From contig JBHGNT010000013.1 of NCBI GenBank assembly GCA_043228905.1, positions 4,898,001-4,962,000 on the forward strand: a stretch of 64,000 bases of DNA. Reading direction: 5' to 3'. Positions 37,001 to 49,651 of this stretch are shown here, piece after piece. The position numbers and the translations under genes were made by a program. Each line of letters opens with the position of its first letter. Position 1 is the stretch's first letter. The notes beneath the pieces are model-generated. The model did not search any database, was not told the DNA's origin, and saw only the letters and a program-made list of their open reading frames with translations. The DNA is from Azolla caroliniana. Taxonomy: Eukaryota; Plantae; Polypodiophyta.

Positions 37001-39900
37001 GTGATCCATCTTTCTTCTTGACAAAGAAGATGGGCACATTGGCCGGAGATTTCGAATGACGAATAAACCCTCTTGCCAAGTTCTCCTCTATGTAGGCTCG
37101 AAAGACTTCTAACTCGATTGGTGACAAGTTGTAAATTGGTCCCCATGGTGGCTCTGTTCCTGGTTGTAAATTGATGGGACAATCGTAGGGACGATGATGA
37201 GGAAGAGTACCAGCTTTTACTTTGTCAAATACATCGGCATAAGGATGATATTTTGCCGGAAGTTGCACTAAGGATTCCTTCTTAATATTGCTGGAAGGAT
37301 GTACTGATATTGCAAATAGAAACATTGCCTCCTTGTGTCCTTCTTCACGTAGTTGATGGAGTGAAATGGTCGAAACTCGATGAGTAGATTCTTGGGGTTG
37401 TCGATATTGAACTTCTCTTGTTCTCCAATCTATGTTTGGATTATGTAATTCAAACCAAGGTAATCCTAGGACAATGGGATGCTCTGGACTACTAATTATA
37501 TTAAATGATACCACACACACAAAACTACCTAGGACAACCTGAATGGGTTTTGACTCTTCTACAATATTCCTGGAAGCAAGGGGACGACCATCAATGACTA
37601 CTACAGATGCGGGGCAATGAAGTTTTCTTAAGTATATCTGAGAAGCTAGGGCAAAATTTCGATCCATGAAACAGGAATTGGTTCCGGAATCTAAAAGTGC
37701 TAGGACGTGTACTGGAGGAGTACTTTTAGTACTAACCATGACTTGGGCGAAGAACACATTGATAACTTGCTTTGAGGGAATGGAACCACTAATGGGCTGT
37801 ACAGATCTAGGGATGTCCAACCAAATGGCTCCTATTTTGGTTAGACTCAGTTGTTTAACTCTTCTTCTAATTGACTAAGGATTTCAAATTTGTTTGAGAT
37901 ACTTGGGCTATTAGTACTATTAATACTATTAGACACTCCTAAGGGAAGAATTGATTTAGGTTTAGTACAGGCTACGATTTGATTTACCTGTCTTCTTGGC
38001 CTATGGGGACAATTGATTGTGATATGCCCTGGTCCACCGCAATAAAAACATAATCGATTTGCACGTCGGCGTTGCTTTTCTTCTTCCGATAACGGGTCAC
38101 GTCGACGCATGGTGTCGGAGTATTTTCTTGAGATACGTCCCGTGCAAATGGTTTAGCTGCGACTGAGGCATATGTGGGCTCCGGCCTAGGGCGTGCTATT
38201 TGTAATTGATGTTCAGACTGCCGTTCAAAAAGGTGGTTGTCGCATCGGACCGCTCGACTGATTGCCTATGTAAGAGACTTTGGTTCTTCGGGGAAGGTTA
38301 GGAGTAAATCTTTGACATTGTTTTGCAGGTTGTAGCGAAACTGCTCCATTAGTGCCGGATCATCCCAGGGGATATCTGAGGCGAGTAGACGGAAATCCGC
38401 CGCTAGGCAAAGGCTGGACGATCACCTTGACGCAATCGTCGGATTTTGTTGATCGCCGTCCTGATGCTGTCTGTATCTCCAAAGCATGCTTTAAACTCGC
38501 TAATAAAGTCTTCAAAGTTATTAAGCAAGGGCAATTGTTTTTCTAGAAGCGGAGCGAACCATGCCAAGGTTGAGCTGCTAAGCGACGTGCCTATTAGGTC
38601 TATTCAGGATGCATCAATGGGGTATCGGGAAGGATGGATTTGAATGACTAAATGTACCTGATTAAGAAATCCCCTGAATTGCGATCGCGTTCCATCGAAT
38701 TTCACAGGAAGTCCAATCTTGGGCTCTTTATGAAATCCTTGGGGTCTTGATCCTTGTTGTTGCAACGCTACGATGGTTGCTTCGAGTTGTTGTACACGTA
38801 ACGCTAACTCCCCATGTTGCTATTGCAACTCCCCATGTTGTTGCTGGGTTTGTTGTTTTTCTAGAGCGATTTGTTGAAGATCCCCTAACAATCATTGGTT
38901 TTCTTGTTCCAAGGCAACAAAATTTTCTTTTAGACCCTGTAGCTCAGAGAAAACGAATTGATATTCTTGGGTGCTAACAGTAGGCATAGTATTGGAAAAA
39001 AGGGGTAAGAGGATGAGGGAAACCGAAAAGAAGACTAGAGAAAAATTGGTTCAAACTATCAGGAATAATACTAAAACAGAGAGAGAATTAGTACTGGAGA
39101 AGGGAAGTACTATTAGTACTAAGAGGACGGGACTGCATAAGACTCCCGAGAGAGAGGAAAGAGAAGAGGAGAGAGAAAGAGAGAGAGAGATAGCGAGGAC
39201 GAGAGAGAGAGAGAGAGAGATGATGATAATATATGATATATTATATGAAGAGTAAGTACAAGATGGCTATGAGTCTTAAGATTGGTGTTGAACCAATTTG
39301 GTTCAACCTAATGCCTTGTGCCTCCCTTTTTAGTGTTCTCAGGAGGAGTCCTGAAGCTTCTAGAATATTCCAGAGAAATCTAGAATATACATTAATTTCC
39401 TATAATAAAACTTAAATGAAAATAATTTCTTACGTATTACAATAGATGGTATAATGGTCAAGAGCTCGACCCATATAACATAAAGTCATGGGTTCGAGTT
39501 TTGCCATATCATGACAGTTTCTCTCTCGGCCCTCACGTGGAACTCTTTGAAGACGGATAACACTTGATCCTTCGTCTTTAGCACGGAAGCCCACAACTTC
39601 TGGCTACAGTTATCAATGAAGGTCACGAAATACTATGAGCCACCATGCGTCTTTGTTTCCACATAGCATACGTCCGTATGCATGAGTTCCAACAACATTT
39701 TCTTCCTCATCGGGGGCTTCGTTCGAAAGGATGTTTGATTCTGCTTACCAACCAAGTAATCCGTGCACTTCTCAAGTTGCACGTTCTTCACCTCAGGAAT
39801 GAGGTTGTCCTCGGCAAGCTTTCGCATCCCCTTCTGGCTCATATGGCACAACCTCTTGTGCCACAGTTCACTGACCATGTCTCCCTCGTAGTTACAGAGG
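33030..39900 (-). mobile_element. Internal fragment of Tnt1-like Copia (GAG-pre-integrase and integrase), interrupted by the Gypsy at 33857-39516
   Basis: LWHKRLCHMS..., PELNGLAERMN; closely related to the element at 53067; integrase continues across the insertion. Confidence 0.8.
33857..39516 (-). mobile_element. Full-length but decayed chromoviral Ty3/Gypsy (Tcn1-like)
   Basis: LTRs 33857-34327 and 39057-39516, TSD ctttc/gtttc, gag-PR-RT-RH-IN-CHD with stops and frameshifts. Confidence 0.93.
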
Positions 39901-39904
39901 CAAC

Positions 39905-40395
39905 TCCCTTGTTCTAACTTTGTCGAGCATCTGGTCATGCACACAGGACACGAGGTAGTACAAGACTCTGCTCACTCCTTGTTCCCATACTGGGAAGTTC
40001 GTGTGTGCCAGCTCCGGCGCTACCTCATTCGCTCCTTCTACGTAACTCCAATAGCCATGTCCTAGCAGGTACTTGTGCATCTTGTCTGAACAAGATGCAT
40101 AGTTGCGTTGGTCAACCTTTTCTATAAGAAGTGGGCTTGCCATGCTTCTGTCCATTCTTTCCTTCTTTTTTCCTATTCTTTACCAGAACCTAGGTTTCAA
40201 TCTATCTAAGCACTTTCTATTGGTAGCAGAGGATTCTCAACCCTCGCGCTCTAATACCATGTGAAGAGTAACGTGCGGAAGATTGTAGACACAACCGAGT
40301 TAGCCAGATAACATCAGAAAGTATATGCAGGTTTAATGGAAAGCTTGAAACACAAAGAGTACGCATGCGAGACAAAGAGAGAAGAGAACATAAAA
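39905..40395 (-). mobile_element. Copia 5' fragment (partial LTR from 40260, PBS, gag N-terminus)
   Basis: tggtattagagc PBS; YLLGHGYWSYVEG gag similar to 25906 gag. Confidence 0.75.
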
Positions 40396-42940
40396 ATGAA
40401 TAAGGTGCTCAGGGATCACAATCCTCATCGAACAATGCCTTTCTTGGATGACATTCCTATTAAAGGATGTCTAAAAGAGGAGAAGGGTGAAGAAGTTGGG
40501 TCGGATGGATGTTAGAAATTCGTCTAAGATAATATAGCATATTGTGAAGACATATTGAAGAATTTAGAAGGAGGTGCATCTAGCAATTTCTAGAGAAAAA
40601 TCAAGTTTTGGAAGATCTGAAGTTCGAATTCTGAGACATTTGTGTGGCCCCTATGATCAGAAACTTGATCCAATTGAGGTGGATGGGATCAATGCAATGG
40701 AGGATATTTCAAGTCGACATCGGAAGTAAGACGATTTTTAGGAGGATGTCTAGAAGAGGAGAAAGATGAAGAAGTTGGGTCGGATGGATGTTGGAGATTC
40801 GTCTCAGATCATATAATAGATTGCGAAGACATATTGAAGAATTTAGAGGAGGTGCATTTGATCATTTCTGGAGAAAAATCAAGTTTTGGAAGAACAAAAG
40901 TTCGGATAGTGGGACATTTGTATGGCCCCTATCGTCGGAAACCTGATCCAGCCAAGGTGGATGGGATCAATGCAATGGAGGATATCCGCAAGTCGATATC
41001 GGAAGTAAGACGATTTTTAGGTGCATGTGTTTTTAACCACATTTGGAGGATGTCTAGAAGAGGAGAAGGATGAAGAAGTTGGGTCGAATGGATGTTGGAG
41101 ATTCGTCTCAGATCATATAATAGATTGCGAAGACATATTGAAGAATTTAGAGGAGGTGCATCTGATCATTTCTGGAGAAAAATCAAGTTTTGGAAGAACA
41201 AAAGTTCGGATAGTAGGACATTTGTATGGCCCCTATCGTCGGAAACCTAATCCAGCCAAGGTGGATGGGATCAATGCAATGGAGGATATCCACAAGTTGA
41301 TATCGGAAGTAAGGCGATTTTTAGGTGGATGTGTTTTTAACCACATTTGGAGGATGTCTAGAAGAGGAGAAGGATGAAGAAGTTGGGTCGGATGGATATT
41401 GGAAATTCATTTCAGATCATATAGTAGATTGTGAAGACATATTGAAGTATTTTGAGGAGGTGCATCTGTAGAAAAATGAAGTTTTGGAAGATCTGAAGTT
41501 TGGATTGTGGGACATTTGTGTGGCCCCTATGGTCAGAAACTATCACATTCTAAACTCGAACCTTTAACATACAATATACATTGTGTTGTGTTAACCACAT
41601 GGAAACTCTTGTGAAATTGTATATATTGTAGAGTCAGGTGCATAGTACATTCGAGAATATTCTAGTCGTTAGTATATTCTAGAATTATTCTATGGTATAT
41701 TCTAAACCGGTATATTCTCGAGATATTTCTTGAGTATATTCTAAAGATATTTAATCTCAAAAATTGTATAAATACTTGTAACATCCTTGGTCCCTTTCAA
41801 GGAATTCAACACCAGTCATCGACACATCAATCTAGTATTCTCGTTTCGACCCATCTTATCTCCTTGATCATCATCTTTGTCTTCATTATCTTGTTCGTTT
41901 CTAGTGTCTTAAGTTTCTCGTGTTGTCGTTCCCAACTTCTAGAGTTCCTAGCCTCGTCACCTCTAACTCCAAGTTCATAGCCCATCGCTTGTAGCCCCAT
42001 CATCCATGCTATGTCCCAGTGCGCGCTTGGTGTGTCCGCGATAGAAACCTAATCTAATTGAGGTGGATGGGATCCATGCAATGGAGGATATTTGCAAGTC
42101 GACATCTGAAGTAAGACGATTTTTAGGTGCATGTGTTTTTAACCACATTTGGAGGATGTCTACAAGAGGAGAAGGATGAAGAAGTTGGGTCGGATAGATG
42201 TCTGAAATTCCTCTCCAATCATATAGCATTTAGAGGAGGTGCATTTGACAATTTCTGGAGAAAAATCAAGTTTGGGAAGATCAAAAGTTTGGATTGTGGG
42301 ACATTTGTGTGGCCCTATGGTGGCAAACTTGATCTAGTCGAGGTGGATGGGATCAATGCAATGGAGGATATCTGCAAGTCGACATTGAAAGAAAGTCAAT
42401 TTTTAGGTGCATGTGTTTTTTACCACATTTGGAGGATGTCTAGAAGAGGAGAAGGATGAAGAAGTTGGGTCGGATAGATGTCTGAAATTCCTCTCCAATC
42501 ATATAGCAAATTGTGAAGACATATTGATGAATTTAGAGGAGAGTTGAGACACTTGTGACAATTTCTAGAGAAAAATCATGTTTTGGAATATTTCAAGTTC
42601 GGATTGTGGGACATTCGTGTGGCCCCTAGGGTCGGAAACCTAATCTAACCAACCTGGATGGGATCAATGCAATGGAGGATATCTGCAAGTCGACATTGAA
42701 AGAAAGTCAATTTTTAGGTGCATGTGTTTTTTACCACATTTGGAGGATGTCTAGAAGAGGAGAAGGATGAAGATGTTGGGTCGCATGGATGTTGGAAATT
42801 CGTGTCAGATCATATCACAGATTTTGAAGGCATATTGATGAATGTAGAGGAGAGTCGAGACACATCTGAAAATTTCTGGAGAGAAATCATGTTTTAGAAG
42901 ATCTAAAGTTCGGATTGTGGGACATTTATTTGGCCCCTAG
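40395..42940 (+). repeat. Tandem array of ~280-310 bp units derived from Gypsy RT coding sequence
   Basis: ggaggatgtcta unit starts at 40741, 41045, 41349, 42151, 42431, 42742; each encodes SGEKSSFG..VGHL..EVRRFLG. Confidence 0.9.
41541..42043 (+). mobile_element. Solo LTR inserted in the RT-derived satellite
   Basis: Flanked by GAAAC TSD; decayed TG..CA ends; TATAAATA and tctaga-rich U3 like the chromovirus LTRs. Confidence 0.8.
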
Positions 42941-43099
42941 TTTGCTACATAGGTCATATTAATATATATTTGATCAATATATTTTTTTTTCTCAAGTGTC
43001 TATTGTTTTTATGTGTGTGGTTAGTTGTGCTTATATATATGTTATTTCCTTCCCACTATGTAAAACGTGGCACTCCCCCCTCTTTCCCTTAATCTTTAA

Positions 43100-43560
43100 C
43101 CTACCCAATACCCGCAACCCTAAACTAATAACCCTAACACATTATATCCCCGCCAATCCATACCCTCATCATCATACCTCTCCAAACATATCTCCCCTTA
43201 CCATGAAAACCCTAAACCTACCAATCCTTAATACCTTTACTTTTGCACACACTACCCTAAACCGCCTAAACCCTTAGAACAAACCCCTAAACCCTCAGAA
43301 TAGTTAACCTAATAACACTAGTCGTAGCCTAAATAAGTATCGTGCCCGCTTTACTTGTGCAATACATCATATAGTCTATCAAACCCTAAACCCTCAGATA
43401 TTTTACCCATATGCCCTAAACCCTCCGAACAAAACCCTAAACCCTTAAGATATTTAACCCAAAAACCTCAGTTAACCCATATACCCGAAACCCCTCAAAC
43501 CCAAACCCTATATCCTCAGATAGTTAACCAAATAACATTAATCACACCCAAAGAAGTATC
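43100..43560 (+). repeat. Dispersed/degenerate CCCTAAA telomere-like repeats
   Basis: Multiple accctaaa / ccctaaaccct motifs. Confidence 0.6.
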
Positions 43561-43605
43561 GTGCCTGCACTTCTCGTGTAAGACATTATATAGTCTATTA
43601 ATATG

Positions 43606-43853
43606 GAAAAACATGATTTTTCTCTAGAAATTGTCAGATGTGTCTCGACTCGCCTCTAAATTCATCAATATGTCTTCACAATTTGCTATATGATTGGAGA
43701 GGAATTTCAGACGTCCATCCGACCCAACTTCTTCATCCTTCTCCTCTTCTAGACATCCTCCAAATGTGGTAAAAAACACATGCACCTAAAAATAGTCTTA
43801 CTTCCAATGACGACTTGCAGATATTCTCCATTACATTAATCCCATCTTCCTTG
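43606..43853 (-). repeat. Inverted copy of the RT-derived satellite unit
   Basis: Reverse complement of ~42340-42590. Confidence 0.85.
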
Positions 43854-43910
43854 CCTATATTAGGTTTCTGCCTAGTTTCGCTAATATATGGAGCTCATCA
43901 GTGCTTAGGT
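43854..43910 (-). ncRNA. Hammerhead ribozyme motif (type I topology, partly degenerate) at the PLE 3' end
   Basis: Minus strand: CTGATGA-gct[ccatatatt]agc-GAAA-ctagg[cagaaa]ccta-ATA; stem I imperfect. Confidence 0.7.
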
Positions 43911-45608
43911 CATTTTTGAATACAAAGGTAAGTTTATATAGGTTTGTGGTAAGGGGGGTGTAAGATGAGTGGTGGACAAGAGTGATAAATGTGAAAAGAA
44001 GTGAGGAGTATGGGAGGGAGTGGTGTAACACGGTGATAAGGGGGCAAGATATGATTTTGTAAAGGGAGGGAGTGGGTATCATGAGTTTGATAGAGATAAG
44101 TGGGTAACTAGAGGGTATAATAATGGTGATAAGTGGGTGACAGGAGGGTATGATAAGTGAGGGGAGGGGTGTGTATATGTGTGTGATGGTGGCTAGTACG
44201 AGGTAAAGATGTGGGTGAACAACGAGTGGAATACGAATTTAATAGTTATGGGGAATGAGGAGAGAGAGAGAGAGGGAGAAATTTAACTAATGAGAAGGGA
44301 GTGTGAAAAAAGGTGAGAAAAGAGAGAGGGAGAGAGAGAGAGAGAGAGAGAAAAAGAAAAAAAAAGAGACGTAGAGAAAAGGAAAGGTAGAGAGGGAGAA
44401 GGGGGAAAATTTAGAGAGCGAGAAAAAAGGAAAAGAAAAAAGAGGTAAGTTTTAGAGTGTAGAGAGGGAGAAAAGTAAAGGTAGAGAGAGAGAGGAAAAA
44501 GAAATTATTTAGAGAGGGAGAAAGGTAAAGGTAGAGAGAGAAAGAGAAGGGGAGGGAAGGAGGAGATAGAGATAGAGATAGAGAAAGGGAAAGTTAAGAG
44601 AGAAGAAATGTGAAGGTAGAGAGGGAGAAGATAGGGGGGGATTCTCACGTGGTAAATATAGGGAGATAAAACTTGTGGTTTTAAAAAATAAAAATAAAGA
44701 GAGTTAATGTGGATCTATAGTAATGTTTTTTGTGTTGACTAGTGAAGACCGTAGATTTTTAGATTTAGTCCAACAAATTATTGGTTTGGGGATGTGTTGT
44801 AGTAGAGGGTCTTCTTGGAGGTTTAAGTGTAGGCTTGCAAGGGTTTCTTTTATTCCTAGATTAGGGGCTTGGTGTGTGAATTTTAGTTTCAAGATTATGG
44901 GTGTAGGGGTTTGGTTAATGGTTTTGTTTGAGAGGAGAGTTGGTCTAAGGGAATAGGGGTGTTTTTTGAATATATTGAGGATAAAGTGTGTAGGGTATCC
45001 TCGTGCTCATAGTCTATTAAAAAATAGTTGTTGTATTTTTAAATAACCTTGGGCTGTACTTTCTCTAATAATGTATCTTTTAAGTTCGTTCAAGAGGAAG
45101 CTTTTTTTGACGTGGATAGGATGTGTCGAGGTGAAGGGTATATATTGGCAAGTATTAAGTTCTTTTTGAAAACAATTAAAGTTCAAATTATTATTAGCGA
45201 AGTTTATCCAAAGGTCGAGAAAAGGAAGTTTAGTGAGAGAGGTTTGGATGGTTAGTTTAATGGAGTTTTGAGTGGTAATACTAGAGAAATTTAGGTAGTC
45301 TAAGAGTTGTGTTTTCGTACCGGTCCATACACCAAAGGCATCGTCAATATATCTCGTGAAATAAAATAAATGGGGAGATGGGTTGGAATTCTCGAGGTAT
45401 GACAAAAAAAGGCACGCATATACTATGGAAAAATTGCTTCAGACCATGGATGTGCCTTTAATTTGTTGATATATTTGGTTATTAAATTTAAGGAAGTGAT
45501 ATTCTAAGGTTAAAGCGTTGAGAGTATAGATGAGGTTGGCTTTTTGTTTTGAGAAATGGGGGATAATTAGGTGTTTTAGGGCAAGTAGTCCTAGTTTTGG
45601 TGAAATAC
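43854..45608 (-). mobile_element. Penelope-like retroelement, 3' half (RT, no GIY-YIG endonuclease seen, long 3' UTR)
   Basis: One frame 45608-44704 with two TGA stops: FNNQIYQQIKGTSM, RYIDD, LPFLDL, QYIPFTSTHP..KKS, RGYP, P.ICWTKSKNL..LV are PLE RT/thumb motifs. Confidence 0.85.
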
Positions 45609-45673
45609 TGTAAAAGATTGCTTGCGGAAGTGTTAGAAAGAACAATACACAAAGAGAGAGAGAGAGAGTACGC

Positions 45674-45704
<31 letters not shown>

Positions 45705-48700
45705 CAAAACACTCTATTTTTCAAAATTATATGAATACTCTGTGCTCTGTATCTACAACACGCTCATCAACGCTATTTATACAAGTCCACACAGGACTGT
45801 TAGAAGTACGGTGTACTTCAATGCTCACACGAGCATCTAACACTAACTACGAGACTATAACTGCCTAGTAGTCTAACCTATACTAGGCTTCTTGGTTACG
45901 GATTGGATCCGGCATACCGGCTCCCCAGCTCACCGGTCCTTATTGCTTACCGGCTCGGTTGCTCATCGGCATACCGATTCATCTCGCTCATTCAACCGAT
46001 CCGGCTCCGGTTGAGCTTCCGCTCAACACTCCCCCTCAAGCTCAACCTGAGGTAGGGTCGTAGTGTCAACCTCTGTGGCAGCCGGTTCTTCCAACCGACT
46101 TCTCTTGGCGTCGCTTCGCCTTGCTCGCGCTCCTTGTCCGGTCCGGTTTCGTTTGCCGCGACCCCTTTGGTTCTGCGCGCCTCGACCTTCGGCATGTCTG
46201 CGCAATAGGCCCATCTCAGCTCCTTGGCTGCTATGACTCCGTCGCTTGCCGATCTGTCGGTTCCGCTGCGTCCGTGTCTCCTTCGCCTCTCGTTGATCCG
46301 ACTCATCCGGATCCGTCTGTTGATCTGAATCGACTGTCTCCGACTCGTTCTAGCTAGCTCTTGTCCTAATCGGTATCCTCCGATTCGATTTTCGGCTTCA
46401 GGCCTCTCACCACATCGGACCACGTTTGGGTCTTGGCCTTCTCCGTGCTTCCCTTGGCTTCTTAAGCCGGTTCACCGACTTGTTCGGATGTGCCGACTTC
46501 CTTCGTCGACTCGACTTCATTTTTCTTCTTGTCTCCACCTCTACCGATTCTTCTCTTACCTACGGGTTCAACAGTTTTTTTGCCTTTGCCCGTTTCGGTA
46601 GTGTCTTTGCCCTTGCGTCTCCTCCTCAAGTGCGGTACGTCGAGATGCTGAACACCAAGCATTTCGGTAAAGTGCTGCAACTTGTCCGACCCGAGCGGCT
46701 TGGTGAAGATGTCGGCAACTTGCCGATCCGTGTGAACATACCGTAGTTCAACTTCACTGCTCAGGACCCGCTCACGCACGAAGTCATAATGCACTTCTAT
46801 GTGCTTTGTGCGAGCATGGAATACAGGGTTCTTGGCGAGCTGCATGCTGCTGAGGTTATCGTTGTAGATTAGGATCAGGGTCGGTACCTCGATCCGCAGG
46901 TCTTGCAGTAGTTGCCGAAGCCAAATGGCTTCGCAGGTGGCAATGGTCACGCCCCGGTATTCAGCCTCAGTGCTGGATAGAGCCACTGTTAGCTGCTTTT
47001 TGCTGCTCCACACAACAACCGCGCTCCCAAGAGAAAACATAAAGCCGGAAGTTGAGCGATGATCCGTTGCATCGCTAGCCCAGTCGGCATCCGTGTAGCC
47101 GACAAGCTCTTCGGTTATACCTTGCCGGTATAAGAGCCCCCGGTCCTTAGTGCCGCTTACATACCTCAGTATTCGTTGTGCGCACTGAAGGTGCTCCACG
47201 GTCGACTTCTGCATGAATTGGCTTACCACCCCGACCGGATAGCTAATGTCGGGTCGGGTGATGGTCAAGTAGATCAGGCTTCCGACTATTTGTCGGAACC
47301 ATTTCTCATCGCAGGCTGGTCCGGAGTTGGGACGGATCTTTTGATTCCGGTCCAGGGGTGTGGAGACAGGTCGGCATTCTGTCATGCCGAACTTGTACAA
47401 TATATTCAACACATAATGGCGTTGAGGAAGCAATATGCCGTCGGGGGTGCAGATCACCTCGATCCCCAAAAAATAATGAAGGTCCCCCAAGTTCTTCATA
47501 TCGAATGCGTCCGACAACTGGGACTTGATGCGGTTGATTTCAGGAAGACTTGGGCCGGTGATGACTAAATCATCAACATAGAGTAAGATACATACTGGAC
47601 CGTTTGAGCCTTGACGGATGAACAGGGAAGAGTCCGACTTAGAGGCAACAAACCCCATCTTTCGCAACCGGTGCGTGATCTTAGCATTCCAAGCACGGCG
47701 GGCTTGCTTCAAGCCGTACAACGACTTCCTCAGCCGGCACACCGCCGACTTGTTCACCTCCGACTGAAATCTGGGGGGCTGAGTCATAAAGACTTCTTCT
47801 TCAAGATCTCCTTGGAGGAAGGCATTCTTCACATCCATCTGATGAAGATGCCACCCCCTTGCCGCAGCAACCACCAGTACCACACGAACCGTCGTCATCT
47901 TCGCTATAGGAGCGAAGGTCTCGTTGTAGTCGATTCCGTGGGTCTGCGCATATCCCTTCGCCACTAACCGGGCCTTGTACCGGTTAACTATACCGTCGAC
48001 ATTGTACTTTACCTTGTACACCCACTTGCATCTGATCGGTTTACAGTGACGGGGAGGGTCAACCAGGTCCCAAGTTCTGTTGGCATCCAGTGCCCGCATT
48101 TCTTCCTCCATAGCGGCACGCCAATTTGCGTCCTTTGCCGCTTCTGCGTAGCTCTCCGACTCACGCACTTCCGCGACCTTGGTCATGTACGCATAATGAT
48201 GCACCATGTACTCGTTATACCCGTACCGTTTAACGGGATCCTTCTGGTGGGTGGACCAGCGTAACTCACCGTTACCCGATATGAGACCTTTCTTGGCCGG
48301 TTCGGTCTTCGTTCCCGAAGATCTGCCTATGTCCTTGCCAGAGTTAGATACGCACCGATCCGACTCATCATTGCCGGTCTCGAATTCCGGCATCTTCTGC
48401 TTCCCTTTCTCTTTGCGTGTGAACCATCTCCTCGGTTCCTTGCGCGGGGAGAGCACGACAGAGTCTCCACTACTCGTCGTCTCATCATCCGACTGGTTGG
48501 ATTGATCCAGTCTCTCATTCGGTCCACTTAACCGGAATGATTCCGGACTCTCATCTTGAGTCCCGGTTTCATCTTTCTCTACCTGGGCTGGTTCGGGCTC
48601 ACTAACCCCATCCTCCGACATCGGGTCGGGATCGGAAGTCGGAGTCGGTAAGGAATACCACGATGCCGATTCATCAAACTTGACATCTCGGTTGACTCGG

Positions 48701-49651
48701 ACCTGCTTCGTCTAGGGGTTATAACACTTATACCCCTTTTGCTCTTGAGTATAGCCGACTAGGATGCATTTTTCCGATTTTGCATCCAGCTTTCTCCGCT
48801 TCTCATTCGGCACATGTACATAGGCTATGCTGCCAAATATCCGGAGGTGTCTCAAATTCGGCTTGCGCCGGAAATACAGCTCGTGAGCTGACACCTTGTC
48901 CCCGATCCGGTTCTGGATGTAAACGACCGTTTGGACCGCCTCTGCCCAGTAGAACTTGGGCATGCTCTTTTCCTCCAGCATTGCCCTAGCCGCGTCAATC
49001 AGCGACCGATTCTTCCTTTCGGCCACACCGTTCTGTTGCGGTGTGTATCTGCAGCTGAATTCTCGCCGAATTCCTTTTTGTTGCAGATAGCTGTTGAATT
49101 GGCCGGAAAAGTACTATTTTCCGCCATCCGATCGTAGCATTTGATCTTCTTCTCCGATTCCCGTTCCACCATCTTCTGGAGGCTCCGGAAACACTCGAAG
49201 ACTTCGCTCTTCCGCTCAATGAGGTAGATCCACATATGCCGCTTGTAGTCGCCGATGAAGGAGACGAAATATCGACTCCCACCAATGCTAACATTTTGTG
49301 CCGGTCCCCACACATCCGAATGGATAAGATCGAGCTTGTTACGGCTTTGATTTCTTTCGGTGGGGAATGGAAGCTGGTGTTGCTTCCCGAGTTGGCAGGC
49401 TTCACAAATTTGGGCTCTCCGGCCGCTAAACTTCGGCAAACCATAAAAGGACTTGTTCCGTTTGCAGGTCTTGAAGCCTCCGGTAGTTGATGTGGCCGAT
49501 CCGCTTGTGCCACCGGTCGATATCCGACTCGACCTTCTGTCCTTTGGTGAACAGTGCGGTGCCGACGTCATTGGTGTTGAGGATAAACATCCTCCCATCT
49601 CGGCGCCCTTGCGCAATAACTTCGCCCTCATCCTCAATGAAGCACCCGAGA
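45609..49651 (-). mobile_element. Copia element 3' part (3' LTR 45609-46028, PPT, RT-RH, integrase), inserted in the PLE RT; 5' part lies beyond the nested Gypsy
   Basis: ORF 46462-48621 with YVDD and RNase H; IN fragments to 49651. Confidence 0.9.

Noticed and set aside
45007-45441. In-frame TGA codons in the PLE ORF as possible selenocysteine
   Set aside because: Land plants lack Sec machinery and the codons are not at Cys-like positions; ordinary decay (e.g. CGA>TGA) is simpler
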